From assembly GCA_032128875.1 (NCBI GenBank), contig JAVLKG010000017.1:14890-78889 (forward strand): a DNA stretch of 64,000 nt, read 5' to 3'. This stretch comes from Candidatus Melainabacteria bacterium 17Bon1m. GTDB taxonomy: Bacteria; Cyanobacteriota; Vampirovibrionia; Obscuribacterales; Obscuribacteraceae. Under the pieces are notes generated by a model. The model saw only the letters and a list, made by a program, of their open reading frames with translations, was not told where the DNA came from and did not search any database. Position 1 is the stretch's first letter. The number at the start of each line of letters is the position of its first letter. The position numbers were made by a program, and so were the translations under genes. Below are positions 28,443 through 38,288 of the stretch, in pieces.

Positions 28443-31400
28443 TCGCGTAATTAAATGGTCGATTAACAATCGCGGCATCGTCAATATTCTTGCACTGATA
28501 TGGTTTATCGTCGGTAGCATTTCAGTGTTTTCGATGCCTGTGGATGTCTTTCCTGATTTTGCTCCAATACAGGTTGTCGTACTGACTGAGGCACCGGGCT
28601 TTGCTCCGGAAGAGGTCGAAAGCCTAGTAACCATCCCGCTTGAAGCAGGGTTGAATGGAACTGCCAATGTGAAGGTTGTGCGGTCAATTTCAACGATCGG
28701 TCTTTCAGTGATTACCGTCATTTTTCAAGACGGAACGAATATATTCACTGCCCGACAATTAGTATCTGAAAAACTACAGAGCGCCAGGTCTCGCCTTGCC
28801 GCTGGCGTACAAGAACCTACGTTAGCTCCCATCACATCAGCAGCCGGCGACATTTTGAAATTGGGACTGTACTCCACTGGCAAAACTACAGCCATGGAGG
28901 TACGCACCCTTGTAGATTGGACGATTCGCCTGCGTTTGATGGCGATTACAGGCGTCTCTAATGTCGTTGTGATCGGCGGCGATGAGAAGCAATTTCAAGT
29001 TCTAGTCGATCCAAAAAAGCTAAAGGAATACAACATCACTCTGGATGAGGTATTGGAAGCTGCCGGTCGAAGCAGCACGAACGCAGCCGGTGGCATGCTT
29101 CGCACAAAAGACACTGAAAAGTTGATTAGAGGTCTGGGACGCGTCAAGTCGCCCGAGGAAATTGCGGAAACCGTTGTGACTAGCCGTAATGGCATACCGG
29201 TTTTGCTTAAGCATGTAGCAGACGTAAAAGTTGGAGCGGCATTCAAAATAGGAGACGCCATTGTCGACGGTCATCCGGGAGTGGTCCTTACGGTCATGAA
29301 GCAGCCGTGGGCAAATACTCTTGAGACAACGCGTTTGATTGAAAAGGCGCTTGAGGAGCTCAAAGAGGGCTTCCCTGCCGATGTGAAGGTAGTAACTACG
29401 TTTAGACAGGCAGACTTCATTGAAATTGCCGTAAAAAATGTCAGCGAAGCTGTTTTGCTTGGCGGTGTGCTTGTTGCAGTCATTCTCTTTGTTTTTCTTC
29501 AGAACTGGCGCGCAGCCTTGATTTCACTCACAGCGATTCCTTTGTCTCTCCTGTCTGCAATTATTGTCCTTAAATTTCAAGGTTACACAATCAATACGAT
29601 GACGCTCGGTGGACTGGCAATCGCCATCGGCGAAGTCGTCGACGATGCGATTGTAGATGTCGAAAACGTTTACCGCCGGTTGAGAGAAAATAAAGCGGCA
29701 GGCTCACCCAAGACATCTCTCAGAATCGTTTATGAAGCATCATGCGAGGTGAGAGGGTCTGTTGTTTATGCCACATTTATCGTTGGTCTAGTCTTCCTGC
29801 CTGTTTTGTCCTTAGGGGGATTAGAAGGAAGAATCTTCAGCCCACTGGCAGTCTCTTATCTCGTTTCCTTATTCTCTTCTCTGCTTGTGGCACTGACTGT
29901 CACACCGGCTATGTGTTACTTGCTGCTTAGAAAAACCAACAACTTGCCCGAGCACGAGACGAAATTTGTCACCTGGTTAAAAGATAGATATCAGCCCATG
30001 CTGCGCGTTAGTCTCGAACATCCTAAAGCAGTGATTTCAGCTGCAGTTGCGATCTTTGTCTTTTCTCTGACGCCACTGCTTGTAATGGGTACTGAATTTT
30101 TGCCTGAATTTGATGAGAACAGTCTTGTGGTTGTGGCAACTTCGATGCCCGGTACAAGTTTGACGACAACCACAAATATCGGAAAAGAGCTGATTGCTCA
30201 CTTTGAGAAAAAACACGACATTATTGGAGCCAGTCAACGTGCCGGTCGAGCAGAAGGTGGGGAAGATTTTGGCTCGGGAAACTTCAGCGAATTTGATATT
30301 AGAGTTCGACCAGACAGTCCAGAAAAAAAGGACTTGCTGTACCACATACGTCATGAATTCAGTGATGTTCCGGGTCTTATCACTGACTCTGGTTCTTATC
30401 TTGAACACCGCATGGAGCACGCACTTTCAGGTGTAAATGCTGCTATTGCAATCAAGATTTTCGGCAGCGACTTAGCCATTCTGCACGAGAAAGCATTGGA
30501 AATTGAACGTATCGTTAAAACTGTAAAAGGTGCTGTCGATGTGCACGTTGAGCAGATTATTCCTGTGCCTCAGTATTCGATAAGAATGAACAGAGCTGCG
30601 GCTGCAAGGTATGGAGTTCGAGTAAAGGATCTGTCCGACTCCATTGAAACGGCCTTCAGGGGGATGACTGTCGCCCAGGTTATCGAAGGACAGAAGTCTT
30701 TCGATATTTATGTCTGGTTCAAGCCGGAGTTTCGAGAGAACCTGCAGCTAATCACTGAGACATTGGTCGATACACCTTCAGGTGTGAAAGTCCCTATTAG
30801 CACACTTGCAGAGGTTACAGAGAGCACCAGCCCCAATACTATTAGCCGAGAAAGCGTAAGCAGAAGAGTTGTTGTTCAGGCAAATGTGTCGGAGCGAGAT
30901 CTTGGGTCTGTTGTGCAGGATGCCCGTAAGTTGATACACGAAAAAGTGAAGTTGCCGTCTGGCTACTATGTTGTTTACGGTGGTCAATTCGAAGCCCAAG
31001 AACAGGCAACCAGGCAGCTTCTTTTGCTCAGTGTGGCTGCATTGTTTGGCATGCTTCTTCTTCTAACCATGGCTTTTCGCTCCATGCGAGCGGCAATTTT
31101 GATTATGGCAAATCTTCCTTTAGCCTTAATCGGAGGAATTTGGGCATCACTATTCTTTGGTGGTGTTTTGAGTGTCGGTTCGCTTGTAGGTTTCATTACT
31201 CTATTTGGAATTTCTACGCGCAACGGCATCATGCTAGTAACTCATTACAGTGACCTACTAGCGAAACCAGCATCATTGGACGTTTTGATAGAAGAAAGTG
31301 CAATGGATCGCTTGAGTCCGGTTTTAATGACTGCACTAACTGCTGCACTCGGCGTTCTACCGATTGCGGTCATGGGCGGCACAGGCAGGGAACTCGAACA

Positions 31401-31557
31401 GCCTCTGGCAATAGTTATTTTGGGAGGTATGTTTACCTCGACCATTTTGACATTGATTGTTATTCCGTCTTTGCTTAAACTCTATGGCGCAGATCTCAGA
31501 CCGGTGCATCCATCCGGTTCGAGTCAGGGCTCACAAAGGGTTGCAACAAAAACATAG
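28435..31557 (+). CDS. CzcA/CusA-family heavy-metal RND pump (second system)
   Basis: MPVDVFPDF, NTMTLGGLAIAIGEVVDDAIVDVEN and RLSPVLMTAL. Confidence 0.96.
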   Translation: MLNRVIKWSINNRGIVNILALIWFIVGSISVFSMPVDVFPDFAPIQVVVLTEAPGFAPEEVESLVTIPLEAGLNGTANVKVVRSISTIGLSVITVIFQDGTNIFTARQLVSEKLQSARSRLAAGVQEPTLAPITSAAGDILKLGLYSTGKTTAMEVRTLVDWTIRLRLMAITGVSNVVVIGGDEKQFQVLVDPKKLKEYNITLDEVLEAAGRSSTNAAGGMLRTKDTEKLIRGLGRVKSPEEIAETVVTSRNGIPVLLKHVADVKVGAAFKIGDAIVDGHPGVVLTVMKQPWANTLETTRLIEKALEELKEGFPADVKVVTTFRQADFIEIAVKNVSEAVLLGGVLVAVILFVFLQNWRAALISLTAIPLSLLSAIIVLKFQGYTINTMTLGGLAIAIGEVVDDAIVDVENVYRRLRENKAAGSPKTSLRIVYEASCEVRGSVVYATFIVGLVFLPVLSLGGLEGRIFSPLAVSYLVSLFSSLLVALTVTPAMCYLLLRKTNNLPEHETKFVTWLKDRYQPMLRVSLEHPKAVISAAVAIFVFSLTPLLVMGTEFLPEFDENSLVVVATSMPGTSLTTTTNIGKELIAHFEKKHDIIGASQRAGRAEGGEDFGSGNFSEFDIRVRPDSPEKKDLLYHIRHEFSDVPGLITDSGSYLEHRMEHALSGVNAAIAIKIFGSDLAILHEKALEIERIVKTVKGAVDVHVEQIIPVPQYSIRMNRAAAARYGVRVKDLSDSIETAFRGMTVAQVIEGQKSFDIYVWFKPEFRENLQLITETLVDTPSGVKVPISTLAEVTESTSPNTISRESVSRRVVVQANVSERDLGSVVQDARKLIHEKVKLPSGYYVVYGGQFEAQEQATRQLLLLSVAALFGMLLLLTMAFRSMRAAILIMANLPLALIGGIWASLFFGGVLSVGSLVGFITLFGISTRNGIMLVTHYSDLLAKPASLDVLIEESAMDRLSPVLMTALTAALGVLPIAVMGGTGRELEQPLAIVILGGMFTSTILTLIVIPSLLKLYGADLRPVHPSGSSQGSQRVATKT

Positions 31558-31591
31558 ACTTGTAAATTGCAAATTTTAAAGGAGTGATTTC

Positions 31592-32215
31592 ATGGACGAC
31601 TGCTGTAGTGACAAAGGATGCGAGTTAGAAGAAATGAAAAGCAGTCATGCAAAGATTTTGTGGACTGTTTTGGCAATTAATGCGGCTATGTTTCTTGTTG
31701 AAATAATCTTTGGAATTCTTTCTAAGTCGACTGCCTTGAAGGCTGATTCTTTGGATATGCTCGGAGATTCGCTAGTATACGCAATGACTTTGGTTGTCTT
31801 AGATAAGTCAACTCGCAAACAGGCTAGTGCCTCACTGCTTAAGGGGGTGATCATGCTCGTTTTCGGTTTGGGAGTCATGATAGATGCATTCATCCGTTTC
31901 TCTATGCATACAGTTCCCACAGCTGAAACCATGGGATGGGTTGGTTTTCTCGCATTGGTCATGAACACAGTTTGCTTCTATCTTTTGTGGCGTCACCGCA
32001 CGGACAATCTGAACATGAGCTCAACTTGGACCTGCTCTAGAAATGATCTGATTGCCAACGCCGGTGTTATCGTCGCTGCCGGCTTAACTGCCGCAACTCT
32101 CTCAAAATGGCCGGATTTGATAGTCGGGTTTGTAATAGCTGCGCTTTTCATGTCCTCTTCCATATCTGTTTTGAAAAGGTCTATCACTGAGATGCGCCAG
32201 ATTCCAAGTTCGTAG
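31592..32215 (+). CDS. Short CDF-type cation transporter
   Basis: MDDCC N-terminus, STALKADSLDMLGD and NMSSTWTCSRND. Confidence 0.9.
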   Translation: MDDCCSDKGCELEEMKSSHAKILWTVLAINAAMFLVEIIFGILSKSTALKADSLDMLGDSLVYAMTLVVLDKSTRKQASASLLKGVIMLVFGLGVMIDAFIRFSMHTVPTAETMGWVGFLALVMNTVCFYLLWRHRTDNLNMSSTWTCSRNDLIANAGVIVAAGLTAATLSKWPDLIVGFVIAALFMSSSISVLKRSITEMRQIPSS

Positions 32216-32407
32216 ATATCAAGTTTACTGGACCTTGAACTGATGATATAAAGCATGGATGGCTTCTAAAGCCTACGGAATCTTTCTTGAATCTTTTGAT
32301 GTGTTGGTTGATTTTGTCAGCTCGTTTGCATCTTTGATTCGGCGTCTCTTGCGGCACTATTCTTAATCTGTTTGTAGGATCTGCAAACAGAGCTCAGGAG
32401 CTTATTT

Positions 32408-33124
32408 ATGACATCGACACTAACATCTGACAAAGTAGAATCTTTTCTTGAAGTAGTACGAGAGCAAGAATCTCCAATACGAATTTATCCAGAGCAAACA
32501 GCTTTCATAAGCAAGAAGCTTCAGTTCGACTGGAAAGAGGTCATACAAGGTCACTTTGATGGAGATGAAGGACACAAAAATTTTGTAGTTGATGATTGTG
32601 GAAGCAAAGAAAGCTCTTTTGTTTTTTTCGGATCTCAAAAATGGAAACTTGCAAAAATACACTTCCACAGACGTTCTGAGCATCTTCTTGAAAGCAAGCA
32701 TTCAAAAGACGGTTCGTTTGATGCCGAGATTCACTTCATCCATGCACCGGTAAAAGAACACGTAGAGACTGGCGACAAGATGATTGAGCCTTCTGAGAAT
32801 TTGGTGCTTGGCACTTTCGTTGTTGAAAGTTCGATAGGTGCTAAATCTGACGAGCTGATGTCATTCTTTTCTGCTTGTGAATCCGGCGAGAAGACCGTGC
32901 GATTGCCTCTGGAAATAATCAAACAAGTGACCAAGCTAGAGCAGTTTTACTTCTACAGAGGCTCGCTTACAACAAAGCCATATTCCGAGAACATCTCCTG
33001 GGTGGTATTTGAAAGCCCATTGCAGCTTGATAAAACTGTTCTGGACCCAATCTGCCCGACCACTCAAGAAGCACGCAAAGGTCAGCCTTGGAATCGCCGT
33101 TTTGTGCTAAGAAATTTTGAGTAG
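32408..33124 (+). CDS. Alpha-class carbonic anhydrase (no signal peptide visible)
   Basis: QESPI, IHFH..SEH, AEIHFIH and YRGSLTT.PYSE.ISW. Confidence 0.88.
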   Translation: MTSTLTSDKVESFLEVVREQESPIRIYPEQTAFISKKLQFDWKEVIQGHFDGDEGHKNFVVDDCGSKESSFVFFGSQKWKLAKIHFHRRSEHLLESKHSKDGSFDAEIHFIHAPVKEHVETGDKMIEPSENLVLGTFVVESSIGAKSDELMSFFSACESGEKTVRLPLEIIKQVTKLEQFYFYRGSLTTKPYSENISWVVFESPLQLDKTVLDPICPTTQEARKGQPWNRRFVLRNFE

Positions 33125-33146
33125 GGGTGCGCTAGTCAGTGACCTG

Positions 33147-33180
33147 ATGCTGGACTCTCTAGTTTTGTTCAGCATTTTTT
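33147..33180 (+). terminator. Probable intrinsic terminator closing the metal cluster
   Basis: ATGCTGGAC...GTTCAGCAT followed by a T-run. Confidence 0.5.
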
Positions 33181-33464
33181 GATTTTTTGTGCTCAGGCTC
33201 AACGGACTTCTTTTCACCTCCCCTCACGACGACGCGGTGAGCGACAAGAGGCGAGAAAGCGTCTTCAAATGGATTTCGTGGGTATAACCGTCTGTTTGAA
33301 AAATTTTTCTGAGACGTCATCCGGGGCGTTAGAGGAGCGTGTATCAGGCAAGAGAGAAACTATGTTCATTGAAGTAAGGAGCAAAGAAAGTTGACAGGAG
33401 TTTCCGACAAACCGGTATGTTTGGCGTTCCTGATAAAATTTGTTCCCAAATTCCTCGAGGCGCT

Positions 33465-34223
33465 ATGTCGTTTAGTCAGAAAGACGTTGATCGCTTGCTA
33501 GCAGAGTGCGGCCGCATGTGCTGCATTTGCAAGAAGTTACATCAGGTCCAGGTTCATCACATTCAGCCCCTTAGCGAGGGCGGATCTGATGGAATCGCTA
33601 ACGCCATTACGCTGTGTCCCAATTGTCATGATGAAGTTCATGAACGTAGTCACTATTCATCTGGCTGCACTTCTCGACGATACTCTATCTCGGAACTGAA
33701 ACTTCATCGCGAATTCACCAAGAAAGTTGCTCGTAAAGAACAAGATTGGGCTCCTGGCTCTCGCACTTGGACTGAAGACCGACATTTGATTTTGTTTTAT
33801 GCACAGTGTCTGGACCGTCCCGCTTTTCGCACTTATTTCCATCAAGAACTAAGTTTTGCTGACTTCGACCGCGCTTTAGCAGATACTATTACCGCCATCA
33901 ATACTGGCTGCACCAAAGTAGGCGACTCAACACTTCCAATATCAAAGGGCAAAGTATTTCTGATCCATCGAGATTGGAGAGAAAAAATGGACACTGCAGT
34001 TGAGAAACTGGAAAAAATTCGCGACGCATTGCGCAGAGAGCTTGGGTTAAACAATATGTTAATGGACCATGATCGCTTTGGCAGGCATCATTCTCGATTC
34101 CACCAAGCCACCGACTTGGGCGACTGGATTGATCAAACAAGACAAGAAATTCTCGACAGCGTCAATTCTATTTTGAAGGAATTAGACCAACCGCCACTAA
34201 AGGACCTTAAGGCAGGGTTTTAA
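33465..34223 (+). CDS. HNH endonuclease domain protein with helical C-terminal domain
   Basis: CCIC...VHHIQPLSEGG....NAITLCPNCHDEVH. Confidence 0.9.
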   Translation: MSFSQKDVDRLLAECGRMCCICKKLHQVQVHHIQPLSEGGSDGIANAITLCPNCHDEVHERSHYSSGCTSRRYSISELKLHREFTKKVARKEQDWAPGSRTWTEDRHLILFYAQCLDRPAFRTYFHQELSFADFDRALADTITAINTGCTKVGDSTLPISKGKVFLIHRDWREKMDTAVEKLEKIRDALRRELGLNNMLMDHDRFGRHHSRFHQATDLGDWIDQTRQEILDSVNSILKELDQPPLKDLKAGF

Positions 34224-34241
34224 CTTAAGGAGCGAACTTGC

Positions 34242-35063
34242 ATGAGTGATTTAACCGCCAAAGTTGGACTTGCAACCTCGCTCGAAAAGCAAGGAAAATT
34301 CAAAGAAGCAGAAGTTCTGTTCAAACAAGTTCTTTCTGAGATGTCCGATGCTGATCCTCATCGAGCCGATGTTCTGGCTGCAATCGGAGGGGTTCTACTC
34401 ATGCAGAAAGGCTATGAAGAAGCAGAAGAATTTTTTGGTGAAGCTCTTTTGTTGCTTGCGCCGCAGGATGTTCATCGTAAATCAGTCCTGGCGGGTTTAG
34501 CGGCTTCCTGTATCAATCAAGGAAAGGATGTTGAAGCTGAAAGTTTTTACAGAGAAGCCTTGAACTTTTCTGGACCCAGTGTTCATCAAACTCAAATTAC
34601 GGCAAACATTTCTCCAAGCATCAGGCATGCGTCCGATGATCAACTAACTGCGAACCTTTTACAGGGTTTGCCATCGAATGTTCGAGATGATGTGATTGAG
34701 TCACAAGCTTGCCTTCAGAACAAATGCTGGAACGCTTTTGGAGCCATGGCTCGTAGGACAGTACATTCAATCTGTGCCGATCTTGGATGTTCGAAGGGAG
34801 ATTTGAAAGATCAGATCGATGAATTATGTGCTCTAAACAGGCTCAAACTTGAAGAGGCCAATAGTGCACATGAAATACGAACTCTTGGCCGTAATGGAGC
34901 GCATCCGGAGTGGGAACCGGTGACTGAAGAAATGGCGACTAGCGGTTGGGGTTTGCTAATCTGGCTTTGTAAGCGCCTTTATGAACAGCCTCCTGCAAGT
35001 CCCAATTGGTCGACTACAACGACACGTCGTTATCGTTTCGGAAATCCTGGAAACAACCCATAA
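34242..35063 (+). CDS. TPR-DUF4145 (HEPN-like) fusion protein
   Basis: Three TPRs (EAEVLFKQ / EAEEFFGE / EAESFYRE), then MARRTVHSIC..L.DQIDEL..AHEIRTLGRNGAHP. Confidence 0.8.
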   Translation: MSDLTAKVGLATSLEKQGKFKEAEVLFKQVLSEMSDADPHRADVLAAIGGVLLMQKGYEEAEEFFGEALLLLAPQDVHRKSVLAGLAASCINQGKDVEAESFYREALNFSGPSVHQTQITANISPSIRHASDDQLTANLLQGLPSNVRDDVIESQACLQNKCWNAFGAMARRTVHSICADLGCSKGDLKDQIDELCALNRLKLEEANSAHEIRTLGRNGAHPEWEPVTEEMATSGWGLLIWLCKRLYEQPPASPNWSTTTTRRYRFGNPGNNP

Positions 35064-35247
35064 CTGCTTACTGTGATGTCCGAATTTTCTTGTTAAGCAG
35101 AAAAATTGTCGGCGCAGATGCAGCAGGAACAGAAAATATGCATGCCAGGTCAATTTGCGGAAATCCAAGACAATCGATAGTCTGAGAAATACTTTTCTCA
35201 AGCATCTGTCCGAAAAAGCAAATTTGTTCAGAATGTGTGTTGACGAG

Positions 35248-35661
35248 CTACGCTGGCTGTAGAACCCGACGTTCGGCCTCGTCCATCTCACTCTGTTGAA
35301 CAAATTCTTGTCGCAAAATCTCAAAGGAATCTAGAAGGAAAACAATCGTTTCACTTTGAGAAAGATCGTATACGGTGGCGATTTCGTCAAACCGCTCTTT
35401 TACGGCCTTCTCGACTTGGATATGCAAGTGAGCGTCATAGTTTTTGCTCGGGCGCCCACGGCCTCTAGTCGCAAGAGACGCTTGTTTTTGTTGGGCGTAC
35501 ATATGAGCACCGATCATCTCAATGTATTTTGTGAGCGCCGATGGTCTGTCCTGTCCTGTTGAGTGAAATGAAGCTGCTGGTGAATGCACCGTCCACTTGT
35601 TGCTTCCTTCTAGTTTGCGAGCAACTGCCGTTGTGCTCATTAGTGTCGTATTGATAGTCAT
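35248..35661 (-). CDS. Putative ribbon-helix-helix DNA-binding protein
   Basis: RGRP..HLHIQVEKAVKERFDEIA...LSQSETIVFLL. Confidence 0.65.
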   Translation of the reverse strand: MTINTTLMSTTAVARKLEGSNKWTVHSPAASFHSTGQDRPSALTKYIEMIGAHMYAQQKQASLATRGRGRPSKNYDAHLHIQVEKAVKERFDEIATVYDLSQSETIVFLLDSFEILRQEFVQQSEMDEAERRVLQPA

Positions 35662-35712
35662 GGTTCCTCAACTTTAAATTCGAATTGCTGAATGGTATGC
35701 AACGGGATGTAC

Positions 35713-36003
35713 TTAAAACTGGCTCTGTGTCACTGCCTCTGTGGATGCATCTTCAAAGAGTGATAGGTTATAGTCTGGTTGATGAAGTTCAAGATGAGCT
35801 TTGATTGCCCGCTCTAGTAAGTTGAGAGCGTGGGCTGTAACGGCTAATCGTCCTTGAGCCTTTTCATCGTCAATCACCTGAATAGTGTTGATATGATCAC
35901 CGTCCTTCTTACAGAAGATGTTGAAGATGTCGTTGGATTGAGCATACTGAGCCTCTTCCATTTCGTTGCTTTTCAGCAGTTGTTTTAATGACTCAAAATC
36001 CAT
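35713..36003 (-). CDS. Small acidic hypothetical protein
   Basis: ORF from MDFESL with a purine-rich RBS. Confidence 0.5.
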   Translation of the reverse strand: MDFESLKQLLKSNEMEEAQYAQSNDIFNIFCKKDGDHINTIQVIDDEKAQGRLAVTAHALNLLERAIKAHLELHQPDYNLSLFEDASTEAVTQSQF

Positions 36004-36226
36004 TACCTTGTTCCTGCAAATGCCGACTCCGCAACATTTTGGCATCATAGGCTGTTGCTGACAAGGGTATTTATTGTATATACAGACATACCATTTTGAG
36101 CTTCTTGATAATGTAAAATGTTTGTTAAATCGTATTATTCTGTGGCGAATATTGGATTTGTTTGTTTAAAACCGCTATAATATTTAGTGTGGGGAAATTC
36201 CCCTTCCTTAATAGAGGTTTTCACAG

Positions 36227-36484
36227 ATGCAGACAACATCAAATGCTAGCAAGCCGCACCCAGAGCGTGATCTGGTAGAAATCAAGATCAACCGTGTTGA
36301 ATACAAAATTCCCCGCGGTCCTTTGAAAGTGACTTCATTAAAGGATTGGGCTGAAATACCCCCGGCTGATGAAGTCGAGCAAGTCCGTCACGGCAATCTA
36401 GAGCCAATAGCCGACGACGCCACCCTGGAAATAAAGGGCGGCGAGAAATTCATCTCCCACCCAAGAGATGGAGGTTCCTCCTAA
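36227..36484 (+). CDS. Ubiquitin-like (multi-ubiquitin-domain-type, BubA-like) protein
   Basis: Beta-grasp pattern IKIN..EYKI....GEKFIS, ending DGGSS; TAATG coupling to the next gene. Confidence 0.85.
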   Translation: MQTTSNASKPHPERDLVEIKINRVEYKIPRGPLKVTSLKDWAEIPPADEVEQVRHGNLEPIADDATLEIKGGEKFISHPRDGGSS

Positions 36485-36837
36485 TGCAATTTCCAATCGA
36501 GCAAATTGACGAACTTCGTTCTATATATCCTGACGTGAAACAGATGGAAGAAGGTGGCACACCCTATTTCTTGCTACCTAATGTTTCCCTTCCTGGGGGA
36601 GCAACTCCTGCCACTGTTGACCTGCTTCTTCGTCCTGTACACATGGATGGCTACGATTCTCGGCTTTTCTACTCGCAACAGCCAACCTTTGCCAACCGAA
36701 CTCATCAGGAAGCGCTTAATTGGAACGCCCAAGGTGTTCATATGCTCTCGAGAAACTGGTACGCCTTCTCGTGGAGAACAAAACCTGGCCTGACTTTGGC
36801 GCAAATGGTTGCTATGCATTTGAGGGCAGTACGATGA
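36484..36837 (+). CDS. Prokaryotic E2-like protein (BubB-like), with no cysteine
   Basis: LLPNVSLPGG.....VDLLLRP...GY.SRLF..NW...WYAFSW; ATGA coupling to the next gene. Confidence 0.8.
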   Translation: MQFPIEQIDELRSIYPDVKQMEEGGTPYFLLPNVSLPGGATPATVDLLLRPVHMDGYDSRLFYSQQPTFANRTHQEALNWNAQGVHMLSRNWYAFSWRTKPGLTLAQMVAMHLRAVR

Positions 36838-38138
36838 AAACTCAAGTCAGAATTGCACGCCAACTCTACAACAGAATAATGGCTGACATGGGTAGACCGC
36901 ATTCGTTTGCCTATGAGCGAATTGGCTTCTGTCGCGCCAGAATAGGTAATGAGAAGAGCTCCAATCCGATCATATTTCTTGCGGAATATTGGTCTGTTCC
37001 AGACGATCAGTACATCGCTGATGAGTACGCTGGCGCACGTATAAACAGCGAGGCAATCCGAAACGCGCTTCAGTCCTCGCTAAGCGATGATGTCGGAATC
37101 TTTCATATACACATGCACGATTTTCCCGGAATACCCTCATTTAGTCCGATGGATAGGCGAGAAATTCCGCGAATCGTTCAAAGTTTGACTTTCACAAATC
37201 CTGGCGTGCCGCATGGAATGCTGGTCTTTGGACGAGATAAGGCATATGCTGAAGTGTGCATGCCTAACGATATCCTTCGACCAGTCGACCGCATAACTGT
37301 CGTTGGACATCCAACACAGGTGCTCAGTGCGCTGCCTAAATTCGCTAACAGTGACCGCTTTAGTCGACAGACTTTTCTCGGTCATGATGCTCCTGAGCGA
37401 ATTGATTCGTTGAAAATTGGCATCGTCGGACTCAGTGGTGGCGGTTCTCATATCGCACAGCAGGCTAGCCATACAGGTTTTGCTAACTTTGCACTCTTTG
37501 ACGCCCAAGCAATAGACTGTTCAAATCTGAATCGTCTTGTTGGTGGAACCGAAGATGATGTTCTCAAAGGTCGTCTCAAAATTTCTATTGCCGATAGAGT
37601 GATAACAAGCATTAATGGCTTAGCTAACACGGAGCCTGTCCCCGCCCGTTGGCAAGACTTTCCGGAATCTCTGCGAAGCTGCGATATCGTTTTCGGCTGC
37701 CTTGATGGTTTCGATGAGCGCCGACAACTGGAAGCTGCCTGCCGTAGATATCTCATTCCGCTTATTGACGTAGGAATGGACGTTACTGAAATGACGGGAA
37801 AGCCACCTCGAATGGCTGGACAAGTCATTTTGTCCCTGCCCGGTTATCCTTGCTTTCATTGCATTGGATTTTTGAATGAGAGAAACCTTGCAGCGGAAGC
37901 GGCAAGATATGGAGATGCCGGCATCAATCCACAGGTGGTTTGGCCAAATGGAGTCTTAGCTTCTACGGCAGTTGGAATCGCAGTCGACCTAGTCACTGAT
38001 TGGAGAAAGTCCAAACCTGGTCTGATTTATAAGAGCTACGATGGCAACAGCGACAATCTTACTGACCATCCACGTTTTGAATACGTCAGTGACCGCGGCT
38101 GCCCGCACTACCCGCTGGACGCTTTGGGAGATCCATAG
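36834..38138 (+). CDS. JAB/MPN peptidase fused to ThiF/E1 adenylation domain (BubCD-like)
   Basis: ERIGF...HIHMH......FSPMD (JAMM); IVGLSGGGS, SNLNRL, GCLDG..RR and PCFHC (E1). Confidence 0.9.
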   Translation: MKTQVRIARQLYNRIMADMGRPHSFAYERIGFCRARIGNEKSSNPIIFLAEYWSVPDDQYIADEYAGARINSEAIRNALQSSLSDDVGIFHIHMHDFPGIPSFSPMDRREIPRIVQSLTFTNPGVPHGMLVFGRDKAYAEVCMPNDILRPVDRITVVGHPTQVLSALPKFANSDRFSRQTFLGHDAPERIDSLKIGIVGLSGGGSHIAQQASHTGFANFALFDAQAIDCSNLNRLVGGTEDDVLKGRLKISIADRVITSINGLANTEPVPARWQDFPESLRSCDIVFGCLDGFDERRQLEAACRRYLIPLIDVGMDVTEMTGKPPRMAGQVILSLPGYPCFHCIGFLNERNLAAEAARYGDAGINPQVVWPNGVLASTAVGIAVDLVTDWRKSKPGLIYKSYDGNSDNLTDHPRFEYVSDRGCPHYPLDALGDP

Positions 38139-38288
38139 ACTTCAGAACTGATTCTTATGGAAACCAGCATTTGGCTTTTGGCGACTACCAGCTGGTTTTA
38201 ATGTTCTATGGCCGTTTATGAGAGTTCTATATCCATCAATTTGATTTGAGTTTTGATACCTGTTCTTGGCGGGAATACAAATTCAATC

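Noticed and set aside
33204-33263. Possible hairpin upstream of the HNH gene
   Set aside because: Short, irregular stems without the GCCA loop; too weak to add to the hairpin family
36074-36085. TGTATATACA palindrome as an SOS box
   Set aside because: Spacing does not fit CTG-N10-CAG, and the host LexA motif is unknown
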